DNA of 64,000 bases from assembly GCA_049515155.1 (NCBI GenBank), contig JBEKUK010000004.1, forward strand, positions 24,032-88,031. The letters are read 5' to 3'. Below are positions 37,485 through 47,339 of this stretch, piece by piece. A model generated the notes under the pieces. That model saw only the letters and a list, made by a program, of their open reading frames with translations, searched no databases and was not told the origin of the DNA. Within the stretch, counting starts at the first letter, position 1. The number at the start of each line of letters is the position of its first letter. The translations under genes were made by a program, and so were the position numbers. The DNA comes from Terracidiphilus sp. (GTDB taxonomy: Bacteria; Acidobacteriota; Terriglobia; Terriglobales; Acidobacteriaceae).

Positions 37485-39695
37485 ATGACGGGAATGGAAC
37501 TGGCCATTTCGAGTGTGCGCATGCACGAGCCAACAGTGGGCGGTCTCGGCCCGGAGCAACTGGTTCATATGTACCGGCTGATGTATCTCTCCCGCGCCGT
37601 GGACGACCGTGAGATTCTCCTCAAACGCCAGCAGAAAGTTTTCTTTCAGGTTTCCGGGGCCGGGCACGAGGCGCTTCAGGTGGGCGCGGCTCTTGCGCTT
37701 CGACCTGGCTACGACTGGTTTTTCCCATATTACCGCGATCGCGCGTTGTGTCTGACCCTGGGCGTGACGCCGACGGAAATGCTTTTGCAGGCGGTTGGCG
37801 CCTCGGGCGACCCGGCCAGCGGTGGCCGCCAGATGCCGACCCACTGGAGCAGCCGCCCGCTGCACATTGTGAGTACATCGTCGTCGACCACGACCCAGTT
37901 GCTGCATGCGGTGGGGTGTGCCGAGGCCGGCCGCTACTTCAGCCATCATCCGGAAGCGGCCGCTAAGGCCGATGGAGACTACCGAGCATTTCACGATGTT
38001 GAGTTTCATGGCGACGAGGTCGTCTTCACCTCGCTCGGCGAAGGCTCCACGTCGCAAGGCGAGTTCTGGGAGGCGATCAACACTGCTTCGAATAGGAGAC
38101 TTCCGGTCGTCTTCTGCGTGGAAGACAACGGCTACGCCATCAGCGTTCCGGTTGAAGTAAACACGCCGGGCGGGAACATTTCCAGGCTGGTTGCCAATTT
38201 TCCCAACTTCTATTTTGCTGAGATCGACGGAACCGACCCGGAAGCCAGCCTGCGTGCGTTTCAAGAAGCTGTGGCGCATTGCCGCGCGGGGCTTGGACCG
38301 GCCTTTGTCCATGGGCATGTAGTGCGGCCCTATTCGCACTCGCTTTCAGATGATGACAAGCTTTACCGCTCGAGTGCGGAGCGCGAAGCAGACGCCATGC
38401 GCGACCCGCTGGCGAAGATGCAGATGCGGTTGCTGCGCGAAGGGATTCTGACCGACGAGCAGATCAACGCCCTGGAAAAAGAATTGGATCATGAGGCCGA
38501 AGAAGCGGCCACGCGCGCACTTGAAGATCCGTTGCCCAAAGTGGAGAGCATTCCGCTGCATGTTTACTCTGAGGACCTTGATCCGGCCAGTTCGCTTTTT
38601 GCGACAGAAGAGGTTGAGACGCCGGGTAGCTCGTCCGCTGGTGGAGGCAAGACCGGCCGCGAAAAGGGAAGTACTCCCCGGACCATGGCCGACCTGATCA
38701 ATGCCTGCCTTCACGACGAGATGCGCCGCGATCCGCGCATTGTTGTTTATGGTGAAGACGTCGCCGACGCGAGCCGCGAGACCGCGCTGTCTGAGGTGAA
38801 GGGCAAGGGCGGGGTTTTCAAATTGACGGCTGGATTGCAGGCTGAATTCGGTTCCGAACGCGTATTCAATTCGCCGCTCGCTGAGGCCAACATCGTGGGC
38901 AGGGCCGTGGGGTACGCAACGCGGGGCATGAAGCCGGTTGTGGAGATCCAGTTCTTCGACTACATCTGGCCCGCGATGCACCAGATCCACAATGAATTGG
39001 CGCTTATGCGTTGGCGTTCCAACGGCGCGTGGGCCGCACCCACTGTGATCCGCGTGCCCATCGGCGGCTATCTCACAGGCGGCGCCATTTATCACTCGCA
39101 GTGCGGCGAGAGCATCTTCACGCATATTCCGGGACTGCGCGTGGTTTTCCCCTCGAGTGCGCTGGATGCGAATGGTCTCTTGCGTACGGCAATTCGTTGC
39201 GACGACCCGGTTTTGTTCCTGGAGCACAAGCGTCTCTATCGCGAGACCTATGGCCGCGCGCCTTACCCTGGGCCGGATTTTGCTATTCCATTCGGCAAAG
39301 CCAGGATCGTTCGGCCAGGAACTCACATCACGCTGGTCACCTATGGCGCGATTGTTCCGCGCGCTATGCAGGCTGCGCAAAAGGCGCAGGCGCAGGGGAT
39401 CGACGTGGAGGTGCTCGATCTGCGCACGCTGAGTCCCTACGACTGGGAAGCGATTGCGAAATCGGTTCGCAAGACGAGCCGCGTAATCGTAGCTCATGAA
39501 GACATGATCAGTTGGGGTTATGGAGCCGAGATCGCAGCGCGCATTGCCGACGAGTTGTTTGAGCATCTCGATGCTCCAGTGCGCCGGGTGGGCGCGATGG
39601 ATACGTTTGTGGCTTACCAGCCTGTGCTCGAGGACGCGATTCTGCCTCAACCCGAAACGATTCTGAAGGCGATTGCGGATTTGCAGGCCTATTGA
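37485..39695 (+). CDS. Fused alpha/beta E1 component of a 2-oxoacid (branched-chain-type) dehydrogenase, TPP-dependent
   Basis: The N half has the E1-alpha TPP motif [36 protein letters not shown]. The C half is E1-beta/transketolase-like: [41 protein letters not shown]. Confidence 0.88.
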   Translation: MTGMELAISSVRMHEPTVGGLGPEQLVHMYRLMYLSRAVDDREILLKRQQKVFFQVSGAGHEALQVGAALALRPGYDWFFPYYRDRALCLTLGVTPTEMLLQAVGASGDPASGGRQMPTHWSSRPLHIVSTSSSTTTQLLHAVGCAEAGRYFSHHPEAAAKADGDYRAFHDVEFHGDEVVFTSLGEGSTSQGEFWEAINTASNRRLPVVFCVEDNGYAISVPVEVNTPGGNISRLVANFPNFYFAEIDGTDPEASLRAFQEAVAHCRAGLGPAFVHGHVVRPYSHSLSDDDKLYRSSAEREADAMRDPLAKMQMRLLREGILTDEQINALEKELDHEAEEAATRALEDPLPKVESIPLHVYSEDLDPASSLFATEEVETPGSSSAGGGKTGREKGSTPRTMADLINACLHDEMRRDPRIVVYGEDVADASRETALSEVKGKGGVFKLTAGLQAEFGSERVFNSPLAEANIVGRAVGYATRGMKPVVEIQFFDYIWPAMHQIHNELALMRWRSNGAWAAPTVIRVPIGGYLTGGAIYHSQCGESIFTHIPGLRVVFPSSALDANGLLRTAIRCDDPVLFLEHKRLYRETYGRAPYPGPDFAIPFGKARIVRPGTHITLVTYGAIVPRAMQAAQKAQAQGIDVEVLDLRTLSPYDWEAIAKSVRKTSRVIVAHEDMISWGYGAEIAARIADELFEHLDAPVRRVGAMDTFVAYQPVLEDAILPQPETILKAIADLQAY

Positions 39696-39696
39696 G

Positions 39697-39815
39697 TCGT
39701 TGAGCTTCGGTGGTTTCCCACAGAATTCACGATGAAACTGTGAAATGGATGGGGTACCCGGCTCGCAGAAGGGTTATGCTTTCCCGGTCTCAAACACGAG
39801 ACCGGGGGCACCCAG
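39697..39815. repeat. REP/BIME-like intergenic repeat (locus 3)
   Basis: tttcccacagaattcacgatgaaactgtgaaa compares with tttcccaccaatttcacgatgagactgtgaaa at 63743. gctttcccggtctcaaacacgagaccgggggcaccc is the hairpin module. Starts 1 nt after the E1 stop codon. Confidence 0.62.
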
Positions 39816-39934
39816 GTGATCGCTGTCCCCAACAGAAAACGGCTGCTTTCCAAGTACAATGTTGGAATGAGGTTTTCCATTTCATTCCGGTGGAACGACG
39901 CAAGGCGCGCACGTCGTGATGCGGGCCAGCCGGC

Positions 39935-41830
39935 ATGAAGAACTTCCTGCGCCTGCTGCGCTACGGGCTCCCTTACACGCTGGAGTGGATTCCGGGCGTG
40001 TTATTGCTGGCGATTGTGGGTGGGCTGGACTCGTTTCGAACTCTGCTGTTTCAACCTATCTTTGACCAGGTAATGCGGCCCGACGCGCCCGAAGGGCCGA
40101 TTCTGCTGGGGTTGAAAAACAGCCGATGGCAATTCGATCTGCGCGCGTTGGTGCCGCACTTTCTGCACATGCATAATGCCTGGGTTGTGGTTGCGTTTGC
40201 GCTCGTGGTCTCCACGCTTCTGAAGGGCCTTGCGGATTATCTGGGCACGTATCTGGTCAGCTACGCAGGTTTTGGGCTGATCACCGATTTGCGTAATCAC
40301 CTTTACGAAGCGACCCTGCGGCGCTCGTCGAGCTTCTTTCACAAGCACGCAACCGGCACAATTCTTTCCACGCTGATTAACGACGTGGACAAGGTGCAAT
40401 TTGCGGTCAGTTCGGTGATCGGGGAATTCCTACAACAATTCTTTACGTTTCTGGTCGGCGTTGTGCTGGTGGTGAAGCTGGGCGGGCAACTGAGCTGGGC
40501 CCTGGTGTTGTTTATCCCCGTCGTCATCACCTCATCGCGAAGGATTGGACGCGAGGTGCGGTCGAGAACTCGCTCGGGCCAGGATAAGCTCGCCGAGATC
40601 CAGAACATTCTGCATGAGACGGTCACCGGCAACCGCATTGTGAAGGCCTTCAGCACCGAGCTGTGGGAGGTGCTTCGCTTCAAGAAAGCGGCCGGCAGGC
40701 TCTTCCGCGCCAACCTGCGCAGTGTACGCATTCAGTCGATCAGCTCTCCGCTAATGGATACAGTGGGTGCGATTGCCATCGCGATGTTTCTGTTCATCGG
40801 CCGCAACGAGATTCTGCACGGCCGCATGACGATGGGCATGTTTGGCGCATTCATTATTCTGCTCTTCAAGCTCTACGATCCGGTGCGTAAGTTTGCGTAC
40901 TTCTATAACTTCTTCCAGCAGGCGATGGGCGCGTCGTCTTCGATCTTCGGTTTCTTCGACACCGAAGACGACGTCAAGGAAATGCACCACGCGGCCAGCC
41001 TCAAGGGATTTGCGCAGACTCTGCGGTTTGAAGACGTGGGTTTTTCTTATTCGACAGAGGAGGGCGAGCACCAGATTCTGCACAACGTGGATCTGGAAGT
41101 TCGCGCCGGCGAGTTGCTGGCGCTGGTTGGCCCAAGCGGCGCGGGCAAGTCCACGCTCGTGAATTTAATTCCGCGATTCTTTGATGTCACATCGGGCAGC
41201 ATCAAGATCGATGGTCAGGATATTCGCGAGCTCACTTTGGCCTCTTTGCGCCGCCAGGTGGCCCAGGTAACTCAGGAGACGATCCTGTTCAACGACACGG
41301 TGCGTAACAACATTGCGTACGGTCAACCAGATGTGAAGGCATCCCTGGTTCAGCAGGCCGCGAAAAATGCGTTGGCCCACGACTTTATCTTGCGCATGCC
41401 CCAACAATACGACACGGTGATCGGCGAAAAGGGCTTTCGGCTATCCGGCGGGGAACGCCAGCGGCTGGCCATTGCGCGGGCAATTCTCAAAGACGCGCCC
41501 ATTCTGATTCTGGATGAAGCGACCTCTGCGCTTGACGCCGAGAGTGAGTCGCTCGTGCAGACGGCACTCGCCAACCTGATGCAGGGCCGGACCGTAGTGG
41601 TCATCGCGCATCGCCTATCTACCATTCGCCGCGCCAACCGCATCGCCGTTCTCGAAGATGGCCGCATCACGGCCGTCGGCTCTCACGACGAACTTCTGAT
41701 TTCGTCGCCAACGTACCAACGCCTTTACCATCTTCAGTTCAGAGATATGCCCGAGGCCGAGGCCAATCTCCCGCTGGTGGAGGAACCACCCGAGCTCGCT
41801 TCGGCGCTCGTGCAAGGCCCGCAGGAGTAG
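39935..41830 (+). CDS. ABC transporter, fused permease/ATPase (MsbA-like exporter)
   Basis: Six-TM N-terminal half. Walker A GPSGAGKST, signature LSGGERQR and Walker B ILILDEATSALD. Confidence 0.9.
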   Translation: MKNFLRLLRYGLPYTLEWIPGVLLLAIVGGLDSFRTLLFQPIFDQVMRPDAPEGPILLGLKNSRWQFDLRALVPHFLHMHNAWVVVAFALVVSTLLKGLADYLGTYLVSYAGFGLITDLRNHLYEATLRRSSSFFHKHATGTILSTLINDVDKVQFAVSSVIGEFLQQFFTFLVGVVLVVKLGGQLSWALVLFIPVVITSSRRIGREVRSRTRSGQDKLAEIQNILHETVTGNRIVKAFSTELWEVLRFKKAAGRLFRANLRSVRIQSISSPLMDTVGAIAIAMFLFIGRNEILHGRMTMGMFGAFIILLFKLYDPVRKFAYFYNFFQQAMGASSSIFGFFDTEDDVKEMHHAASLKGFAQTLRFEDVGFSYSTEEGEHQILHNVDLEVRAGELLALVGPSGAGKSTLVNLIPRFFDVTSGSIKIDGQDIRELTLASLRRQVAQVTQETILFNDTVRNNIAYGQPDVKASLVQQAAKNALAHDFILRMPQQYDTVIGEKGFRLSGGERQRLAIARAILKDAPILILDEATSALDAESESLVQTALANLMQGRTVVVIAHRLSTIRRANRIAVLEDGRITAVGSHDELLISSPTYQRLYHLQFRDMPEAEANLPLVEEPPELASALVQGPQE

Positions 41831-41837
41831 CAAGAAG

Positions 41838-42731
41838 ATGGCAATTTATTCGATGACGGGATATGCGCGCGTTCAGGTGCGCGTGCAAGACCAGTTGAGT
41901 TACACCCTCAGTCTCAAGAGCGTGAATCATCGATTTCTCGACGTGCAGTTGCGCATTCCCAACGGGTTGGACGCGCTGGAGATTGAACTGCGCAAGGCCA
42001 TCAAAGATGCGCTGGTGCGTGGACATGTGGATCTCACGATTTCGGTCGATCGCAGTTCGCAGCAGAAGTCGGGTTTCAATCTTGACCTGGTGTCTGGCTA
42101 TCTTGCCGCGTTTGAAGCGGCGCGCACAGAGTTCAGACTTGAAGGCGAGCCCGATCTGAATGTCATCCTGCGGCTGCCCGGTGCTCTACAGACCGAGAAT
42201 CGCGCAGATGAGGATTTGACTGCCCTGGCCGACAGTGTCCGCGCGCAGATTGGCCCGCTGCTTCAGGAATTGAAGACCATGCGGTCGCGTGAGGGCGAAG
42301 CCCTTGCTGAAATCCTGAACAGTACGCTTGACCGGCTGACCGAGGCCACCAACGGCGTCGCCGAACTACGCCCAGAGATCGAGCAGCGCTTTCAGGACCG
42401 GCTCGCGCAGCGCCTGTTGGCGGCAACCGGCCCCGAGTTCAATCGCCAGCGCCTGCTGGAGGAAGTGGCCGTCATCGTGGAACGCAGCGACGTGTCGGAG
42501 GAGTTGGCGCGCATGCATGCTCACGTCGGGCACTTCCGGGAACTGCTCGCGGCCGGCGGCGAAGTAGGCAAGAAGCTCGACTTTCTGCTCCAGGAGATGA
42601 ATCGCGAAGCCAACACCATGCTTTCGAAGACCGGCGGCGTGGGTGGCAAAGGCACGCGCATGACCGAGTTGGGACTGGCGATGAAAGCCGAGATAGAGAA
42701 GGCGCGCGAACAGATCCAGAACGTGGAATAA
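41838..42731 (+). CDS. yicC: YicC/YloC family stress-induced protein
   Basis: MTGYARV..., and C-terminal EELARMHAHV..F......GKKLDFLLQEMNREANTMLSK is the YicC signature. Precedes gmk, as is commonly seen. Confidence 0.88.
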   Translation: MAIYSMTGYARVQVRVQDQLSYTLSLKSVNHRFLDVQLRIPNGLDALEIELRKAIKDALVRGHVDLTISVDRSSQQKSGFNLDLVSGYLAAFEAARTEFRLEGEPDLNVILRLPGALQTENRADEDLTALADSVRAQIGPLLQELKTMRSREGEALAEILNSTLDRLTEATNGVAELRPEIEQRFQDRLAQRLLAATGPEFNRQRLLEEVAVIVERSDVSEELARMHAHVGHFRELLAAGGEVGKKLDFLLQEMNREANTMLSKTGGVGGKGTRMTELGLAMKAEIEKAREQIQNVE

Positions 42732-42826
42732 ACCAGGGATCAGGTGTAAGAGATCAGGGGTCAGGGACTAAGGGATTAGGGACTCAGGCGAAACACGAGC
42801 GAATCGACTCGCTCTTAAGGACAAAC

Positions 42827-43567
42827 GTGGCAGGAATTCTTTTCATTATTTCGGCGCCGTCGGGATCAGGGAAAAGCACCCTCGTCAGCGAGCTGCGCAA
42901 GCAGGTAAGCGGGGTGGATTTCGCCATTAGCTGGACGACGCGCGCCCCGCGCGGTTCCGAAGAAAACGGCCGCGAGTACAACTTCACCACGCGCGAAGAG
43001 TTCGAACGCATGATCGCGGCCGATGTCTTTCTCGAGCATGCCGAGGTTTTTGGGCAGTTTTACGGTACCGCGCGGCAGTCTTTGAGCGAGGCGCGTTCCG
43101 CGGGTCACGATCTGCTGCTCGACATCGACGTGCAGGGCGCAGCGCAGGTCCGGAGCAAAATGCCTGAAGCCGTGAGCATCTTCGTTTTGCCGCCGAACCC
43201 CAAGGTTTTGCGGACCAGGTTGCGGAATCGGAGCCGAGCTGAGGGGGTGGTGAACGAGGCCGAACTCTACAGGCGCTTGTCTGAAGCCAGCCAGGAGATT
43301 GAGAATTATCGCCAGTACGGCTATATTTTGGTCAACGACATCCTCGATCGGGCGGTGGCACAATTGGAGGCGATTGTGCTGGCGGAGCGGTTCTATCGGA
43401 ACGGCGAAGCCATTGCTTACCGGTCGCGCCGGGTGTTGGAGGTCGCCGCGGCCTGTTTGCAACATAATTCGCAGGATCGGCTCAAACCTGTGCTGGAGGC
43501 TTTCGGGATCGACGGAACCTCTGGCCAGCAGCAACTTCCCTTTGGAGATGATCCGGATGACGATTGA
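42827..43567 (+). CDS. gmk: Guanylate kinase (with a C-terminal extension of about 45-55 aa)
   Basis: GTG start. ISAPSGSGKSTL P-loop, TTRAPRGSEENGREYNF, and EHAEVFGQFYGT. Confidence 0.92.
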   Translation: MAGILFIISAPSGSGKSTLVSELRKQVSGVDFAISWTTRAPRGSEENGREYNFTTREEFERMIAADVFLEHAEVFGQFYGTARQSLSEARSAGHDLLLDIDVQGAAQVRSKMPEAVSIFVLPPNPKVLRTRLRNRSRAEGVVNEAELYRRLSEASQEIENYRQYGYILVNDILDRAVAQLEAIVLAERFYRNGEAIAYRSRRVLEVAAACLQHNSQDRLKPVLEAFGIDGTSGQQQLPFGDDPDDD

Positions 43568-43787
43568 GACCCAGTTCGACTCGAATTACCGCAAGGTACT
43601 GGTAGCCGCACGACGGGCCCGGCAGTTGCAGGGCGGATCGCACGCCCTGGTTGCCAGCCAATCCAACAAAGTTTGCCGTATCGCCCAGGACGAGATTAAC
43701 GCGGGCAAAATCTCCTATGTCAAGACTGCGACCGAGGTGCAAAAGCCGTTGATTGAAGGCCCGGCGGTTCCCATTCTGCTGAGCTGA
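43557..43787 (+). CDS. rpoZ: DNA-directed RNA polymerase subunit omega
   Basis: NYRKVLVAARRARQLQGG is the omega-subunit core motif. The start is 43557 or 43548, and it overlaps the gmk 3' end. Confidence 0.85.
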   Translation: MTIETQFDSNYRKVLVAARRARQLQGGSHALVASQSNKVCRIAQDEINAGKISYVKTATEVQKPLIEGPAVPILLS

Positions 43788-43852
43788 ACGGGCGCACCAC
43801 GCCCCGCGGGCTTCGGCGCCCCGTGCGTCGAGGACTGTTCTACAATCGAGCG

Positions 43853-45166
43853 ATGAGGGTTACTGTCGGCGTGAGCGGCGGAATTGCCGCCTACAAAGCG
43901 GCGGAGTTGGTGCGTGCGCTGCAGCGCCAGGGTCTTGAAGTCCACGTCGTTATGACCGCCGCTGCGTGCAAGTTTATCCAGCCGCTGACCTTCTCTTCAC
44001 TCACGGGCTACAAAGTCGTTACGAGCCTTTGGGACGAGGCAGACTCTTCCGCAACTCCCGCGGAACAGAACGGCATCGAGCACATCGACGAAGCGTTGTC
44101 GACGGATGCTTTGGTGGTGGCTCCGGCCACTGCAAACATTCTGGCCAAATTCGCCAACGGCATCGCCGACGATTTCCTGAGCACGATGTATCTGGCAACG
44201 CGCGCCCCTGTCTTGGTGGCTCCAGCCATGAATGTGAACATGTGGGAGCATCCCGCGACGCAGGCCAACCTTGAAACGCTTCGCCGCCGTGGCGTGCAGA
44301 TCATCGAGCCTGGAACGGGTGCGCTGGCCTGCGGCATGGTGGGGGCCGGACGCATGGCAGAGCCCGAAGCGATCGCCCACACGGTGTTCAGCGCCATGGG
44401 GCATCGTCATGACCTGGCCGGTGAGATTGTGCTCGTCACTGCCGGGGGAACGCGCGAGGCGTTGGATCCTGTCCGGTTTATCGGCAACCGTTCCAGCGGA
44501 AAAATGGGCTATGCGCTGGCCGATGCGGCGCGAAGCCGAGGCGCCAAGGTGATTCTGATCAGCGGGCCCTCGGCGTTGCATCCGCCGGCACATTGCGAGT
44601 TGGTCAAAGTGACGACTGCCGAAGAGATGAAGGAGTCCGTTCTTGCGCGGTTGCATGAAGCCACACTGGTGATCAAGGCGGCCGCGGTGGCCGATTATCG
44701 CCCTGTTGCCGTTTCCGATCAGAAGCTGAAGCGCACCGGTCCGATTACGCTGGAATTGGCTCCCACAGAAGACATTCTCGCCGAGGTTGTGCGGCGACGG
44801 CGTCCCGGCCAACTGATCGTTGGCTTCGCCGCGGAGACAGAGAATCGTATGGAGAATGGGCGCTCCAAGCTTCTGCGCAAAGGCGCGGACGCGATTATCG
44901 TCAATACCGTAACCGGCGATGGTGTGGGAATCGAAGCCGATTCGAACGCGGCGACATTTCTCACGTTGACGACGTCCATCGAACTCCACGAGATGCCTAA
45001 ACGCCAGCTTGCCGACCGTATTCTCGATGAGATTCTTACGTTGCGCCGGCCGCGCCCCGTGGTGCTTGAACTCGATGAGCATGCCGATGAGCGAATGCGC
45101 CAGGATGAAGTGCTGGCCGAAGCAGCGAACGCTTCCGCCAACCACCGCCCCATGATCGTGGAATAA
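43853..45166 (+). CDS. coaBC: Bifunctional phosphopantothenoylcysteine decarboxylase / phosphopantothenate-cysteine ligase
   Basis: VGVSGGIAAYKAAELVRAL, PAMNVNMWEHPATQ, and ITNRSSGKMG-like FIGNRSSGKMGYALA. Confidence 0.94.
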   Translation: MRVTVGVSGGIAAYKAAELVRALQRQGLEVHVVMTAAACKFIQPLTFSSLTGYKVVTSLWDEADSSATPAEQNGIEHIDEALSTDALVVAPATANILAKFANGIADDFLSTMYLATRAPVLVAPAMNVNMWEHPATQANLETLRRRGVQIIEPGTGALACGMVGAGRMAEPEAIAHTVFSAMGHRHDLAGEIVLVTAGGTREALDPVRFIGNRSSGKMGYALADAARSRGAKVILISGPSALHPPAHCELVKVTTAEEMKESVLARLHEATLVIKAAAVADYRPVAVSDQKLKRTGPITLELAPTEDILAEVVRRRRPGQLIVGFAAETENRMENGRSKLLRKGADAIIVNTVTGDGVGIEADSNAATFLTLTTSIELHEMPKRQLADRILDEILTLRRPRPVVLELDEHADERMRQDEVLAEAANASANHRPMIVE

Positions 45167-45191
45167 TGCATCCGTCTTCGGAGTAGAGACG

Positions 45192-46097
45192 TTGGCGCAA
45201 TCGTTCAACACGGCAACCCGCGAAGCACTCGAGGCGCGCCTCCGTTTCTATCGCGACCTGGGGTTGACGGAATTCTACCGGCGGCCCGTCGATCCTGCTC
45301 TGCTTGCTCAACTCCAAGCAATCTCTGTTTCGTCCATTGACTCCATGTCGCCTGAGAGTGATCCCGCGCCTGGCTCGCCGCTTCCGACTTTGGCGGCGAG
45401 GACGGAAGATGAGGAGACGCAAACCTTTTCCACTCGCCCGTCAACGGCACCGGAGGAACAAGCCATCGCTGCTCGCAAGTCAATTGCAACTCCACCGCTG
45501 GAACAGACCAGCGTCCCCGTGTCGGAACGTCCGGCCTTTCTGCAGATCATTCGCGAAGATATTGGCGATTGCACCCGCTGCGAGTTGCACAAGGGCCGGC
45601 ACAAGATTGTTTTTGGCGACGGATCGCCTGCCGCGCGCCTGATGTTTATAGGTGAGGGGCCTGGGGCGGACGAAGACGCGCAGGGCATCCCTTTTGTCGG
45701 CAAGGCGGGACAGTTGCTCAACAACATGATTACGGCGATGGGTCTGAAGCGCGAAGAGGTCTACATTGCCAACGTGGTGAAGTGCCGCCCGCCCGGGAAT
45801 CGCACCCCGGAGCCTGAGGAAGGCAATACCTGCTCGCAGTTCCTCTTCCGGCAGATCGATGTGATTCGGCCACAGGTGCTTGTAGCGCTGGGGGCAACGG
45901 CGGCGACATATCTGCTTGGGTCGCGCCAGCCTTTAGCCGGTGTGCGGGGCCGGGTGCACACGTTTCGCGGCAGCCAGTTAATCATCACCTATCATCCGGC
46001 GTATCTACTGCGTGATCCGCGGCAGAAGAAAGAAGCCTGGGCCGATCTACAGATCGCCATGCGCGAGCTGGGTTTGAAGCCGCCCGCGAAGGCTTAG
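45192..46097 (+). CDS. Uracil-DNA glycosylase, family 4, with an N-terminal extension
   Basis: CTRCELHKGRHKIVFGDGSPAARLMFIGEGPGADEDAQGIPFVGKAGQLL...VKCRPPGNR are family-4 UDG Fe-S and active-site motifs. The start codon is uncertain (TTG 45192). Confidence 0.86.
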   Translation: MAQSFNTATREALEARLRFYRDLGLTEFYRRPVDPALLAQLQAISVSSIDSMSPESDPAPGSPLPTLAARTEDEETQTFSTRPSTAPEEQAIAARKSIATPPLEQTSVPVSERPAFLQIIREDIGDCTRCELHKGRHKIVFGDGSPAARLMFIGEGPGADEDAQGIPFVGKAGQLLNNMITAMGLKREEVYIANVVKCRPPGNRTPEPEEGNTCSQFLFRQIDVIRPQVLVALGATAATYLLGSRQPLAGVRGRVHTFRGSQLIITYHPAYLLRDPRQKKEAWADLQIAMRELGLKPPAKA

Positions 46098-46186
46098 AGC
46101 GATTCCGGAACATTTTTGGGTTGAGATTCGTCCGGCTACCTGTTGGTCGCGGCGCTTTTGCAGCCTAGTGCCGCTGCTTTTCGCGA

Positions 46187-46428
46187 AAATAAAAAAATAA
46201 AAAAAAGGGGGTTTCTGTAAAGAAATCCTTTTGTTTCAGTCGGATAGAGGACGCTATTCCCTCCAAATTCCTCATTCCAAAGGAGTTATTTGCAGAATCT
46301 AGACAGATAAGGACTTACGGGCCCTTTTTGCCCCGAGATTCTGTGAGTGACCCCCTTTTAGCAATCGATCTAGATCGATTGTGCGCCAACAAGCCGAAAT
46401 TGCATGCAAATCGAAAGCTGCAAAAAGG
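46187..46428 (-). repeat. Intergenic element of about 250 bp, copy 2 (inverted relative to 26612..26870)
   Basis: Its reverse complement aligns by eye along nearly the whole length of copy 1 (identical 30-mer, TTGCATGCAA palindrome, T-rich end). It lies between the convergent 3' ends of the UDG and ppgK-like genes. Confidence 0.78.
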
Positions 46429-46453
46429 ATGAACACTTCGGGGTGCGTTGCTG

Positions 46454-47230
46454 TCAGGCCTGGTCTTTCCAGAGATAGACGCCGCCCAGCAGGCCGCTTT
46501 CGTTGGAGACAATCTCGACATTCTTGGGTGGCGTGAAATCGAACTTCTTGGTATTGCCGCCGCCTAGATAGAGATGGTCCCAGTTGAAAAGGGCTTCGGT
46601 GGTCTTGATGGCTTCCTGCAAGAGCTTGTTCCACTCTTTTTTTCCGAATTTATCCAGGCCACGGCGGCCGAGGTAATCCTCGTAGGTCATGCCCTTTTTA
46701 CGCCAGATGTGGTGGCCGATCTCGAGCCCCGGGCAAAGATGGCCGTTGGTGAAGAGCGCGCCACCGAGGCCGGTGCCGAGCGTCAGGACCAACTCGACGC
46801 CGTCGCCCTTGATGGCGCCGTAGCCGGCGACATCGGCGTCATTGCCCACGCGCGCGGGCTTCTTCCAGCGCTTTTCCAATTCCGCCTGCAGGGGAAATCC
46901 ACCTGCCCACAGCGGATGCAGGTTGAAGGCGCCGAAGGTGCAGCCGTGCTTGACGACACCGGGGAATCCGACCGAGACGCGATCGAAATTGCCCATCAGC
47001 TTGCGCAGCTCGTCGAGGCCTTTGAGAACGGCGTTGGGCGTCGGGACTTCCGGTGTGACTACGCGCTGGCGCTCGCTCACTGGTTTTCCCCTGGCGTCAA
47101 GCAGCATGGCCTTGAGGCCCGAGCCGCCGATATCAATGGTCATCGTAATGGGGGGCTTGGCGCTGGATAAGGGAATGGGTGCAACAACGACAGGAGCGGG
47201 AGCGGGCGCGGATTCGGCTTTGGGTGTCAT
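46454..47230 (-). CDS. ppgK: ROK family polyphosphate/ATP glucokinase-like protein
   Basis: IDIGGSGLK, GFPGVV, GNDADVAGYG, LTLGTGLGGALF and LEIGHH. The start is taken at Met 47230, because the longer ORF would run into the divergent priA start. Confidence 0.83.
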   Translation of the reverse strand: MTPKAESAPAPAPVVVAPIPLSSAKPPITMTIDIGGSGLKAMLLDARGKPVSERQRVVTPEVPTPNAVLKGLDELRKLMGNFDRVSVGFPGVVKHGCTFGAFNLHPLWAGGFPLQAELEKRWKKPARVGNDADVAGYGAIKGDGVELVLTLGTGLGGALFTNGHLCPGLEIGHHIWRKKGMTYEDYLGRRGLDKFGKKEWNKLLQEAIKTTEALFNWDHLYLGGGNTKKFDFTPPKNVEIVSNESGLLGGVYLWKDQA

Positions 47231-47339
47231 CAGCAATGAATTGTAATCCGTGGGGCCGGGGTTGCGAGTGATCCCAGTTCCCCGATATCCACAGTCCGTC
47301 TTCGCACTGCCGAATCCCCTACACTGAGGGTTGCCCACG

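Noticed and set aside
37347-38339. 330-aa minus-strand ORF overlapping the 5' part of the E1 gene
   Set aside because: It is antisense to the TPP-binding region of the E1 gene, has no motifs and an R-rich composition. The upstream part covers the promoter region only.
43997-45211. 404-aa minus-strand ORF. The same pattern holds for 32947..34536 (+), 38346..39650 (-), 49940..51052 (+), 14253..15650 (+), 16036..17418 (+), 12717..13763 (-) and 10078..11070 (+).
   Set aside because: All lie antisense to genes with strong family signatures (coaBC, guaA/mscS, E1, M50 protease, ppiD, BON protein, amidohydrolase, M13 peptidase). All have the Arg/Gly/His-rich composition of non-coding frames in GC-rich DNA.
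46280-46311. Mini-ORF with an AAAGGAG RBS in the 250-bp element (TTG CAG AAT CTA GAC AGA TAA; MQNLD* in copy 1)
   Set aside because: It is only 5-6 codons with a TTG start and differing stop positions between copies. The conservation is better explained at the nucleotide level.
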